Source: Phoronis australis (taxonomy: Eukaryota > Animalia > Phoronida). From it: DNA of 64,000 nucleotides. Below the pieces are notes generated by a model. That model made no database searches. It was not told the DNA's origin and was given only the letters and a program-made list of their open reading frames with translations. The number at the start of each line of letters is the position of its first letter. Position 1 is the stretch's first letter. Shown here one piece after another: positions 63,150-64,000 of the stretch. The translations under genes and the position numbers were made by a program. The stretch covers positions 71,077-135,076 of the forward strand of contig NMRA01000182.1 in assembly GCA_002633005.1 (NCBI GenBank). Reading direction: 5' to 3'.

Positions 63150-63300
63150 AAAATGTGTGCCAATTTCATGGTTGGCCAAGCAGTGAATTCCTTTGGTCCT
63201 CATATAGACATTGTCCTCATTGTTTCTAATGAACATTGTATACTTCCTTGCCTCTGGTCGATTGTACTTGATACTGGGACCTTGCCACATCATACGAGCA
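63150..63300 (-). CDS. MATCAP: MATCAP/KIAA0895-family peptidase, exon with catalytic HEIGTH (5-prime exons lie outside the window)
   Basis: Acceptor tttttcatttccag and donor gtatcc. Ends GIHCLANHEIGTHF, the HExxxH zinc-binding motif. It joins in frame to the next exon. Confidence 0.9.
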
Positions 63301-64000
63301 CTGGAAATGAAAAATCAGATTGCATTTTAAAAATCCAATGATATGTTGCAGGACAACAAAACAATTTCAATATTCATCAGAGAAGAAATTTAATTGTTTT
63401 TTTCCAATCCCAAAGGTGTCTCTGGTATAGTTAGTTTTGCAGAGGAGACCCTGCACATTCTACCTCATTGTGACTGATATGTGATGCGTATTGTACTCTT
63501 CAGATCCATTAAACAAGGCATGAAGTATGTTGACGCGATCCAACATTTGTGCAAAATAATAGAAAGAACAAGACATCATTTCTCACACAAAAAATTGGCT
63601 CACATCAACACTAATTAAAAAACATGGTTTTAAGCATGGGACAATACAGGATGTCTCAAAAAGTACACATTCCAGTGATATATAAACCCTGAACAAGCCG
63701 TGAAAGTTGCCATGCACAATGAAACCTAATACCTACGTTACTGGAGTGAGCATTGGCTTGCTTTTGAAACCAATGAAAACTTATCAGAAATGAAATGAAT
63801 TAAGCTAGACAAGAAAATTTACTAAAACAACTTATTTTCAGTCATGTTGTTGAAGGGACAATAAACCTTCATCTTCTATCAAAAGACAGCTGTCAGGGAA
63901 ATTGCAGGCAGTTTATAGTAAAAAATCTATTCAAACAATGGACAAGAACACGGGGACATTTGCATTGAAAAAATAAATGCCCCTTTGAATGATGATGCAA

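Noticed and set aside
62-63341. Most remaining 60-110 aa ORFs in the track
   Set aside because: Many start at TTG/GTG, are antisense or off-frame shadows of real exons, or lie in repeats; their lengths are compatible with chance.

Overview
Eukaryotic (animal, most likely marine invertebrate) AT-rich genomic DNA from a gapped draft assembly (N runs at 21100-22004 and 36357-36933). Two recognisable spliced genes bound the window. At the left is the last coding exon of a LEKR1 orthologue (+). At the right are the last four exons of a MATCAP/KIAA0895-family (DUF1704) HExxxH metallopeptidase (-). Between them lie six long uninterrupted ORFs (314-540 aa; S/K/R/P-rich, apparently disordered) that I cannot assign to known families. 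All six have a candidate splice acceptor 5-38 nt upstream of the ATG. Three share a clear C-[DE]-V-L-G-x-x-S-C-x-x-C motif and a fourth has a degenerate copy. Three carry PP1-docking RVxF-type motifs. This looks like an old, highly diverged, probably undescribed cluster of single-coding-exon genes, possibly cilia/sperm related (inference). The rest is intergenic or intronic DNA with MITEs (including a filled/empty pair with a TAG target duplication), tRNA-derived SINE heads, tandem repeats and two local duplications that may be uncollapsed haplotypes. Gene identities come from recalled family motifs, not from database searches.
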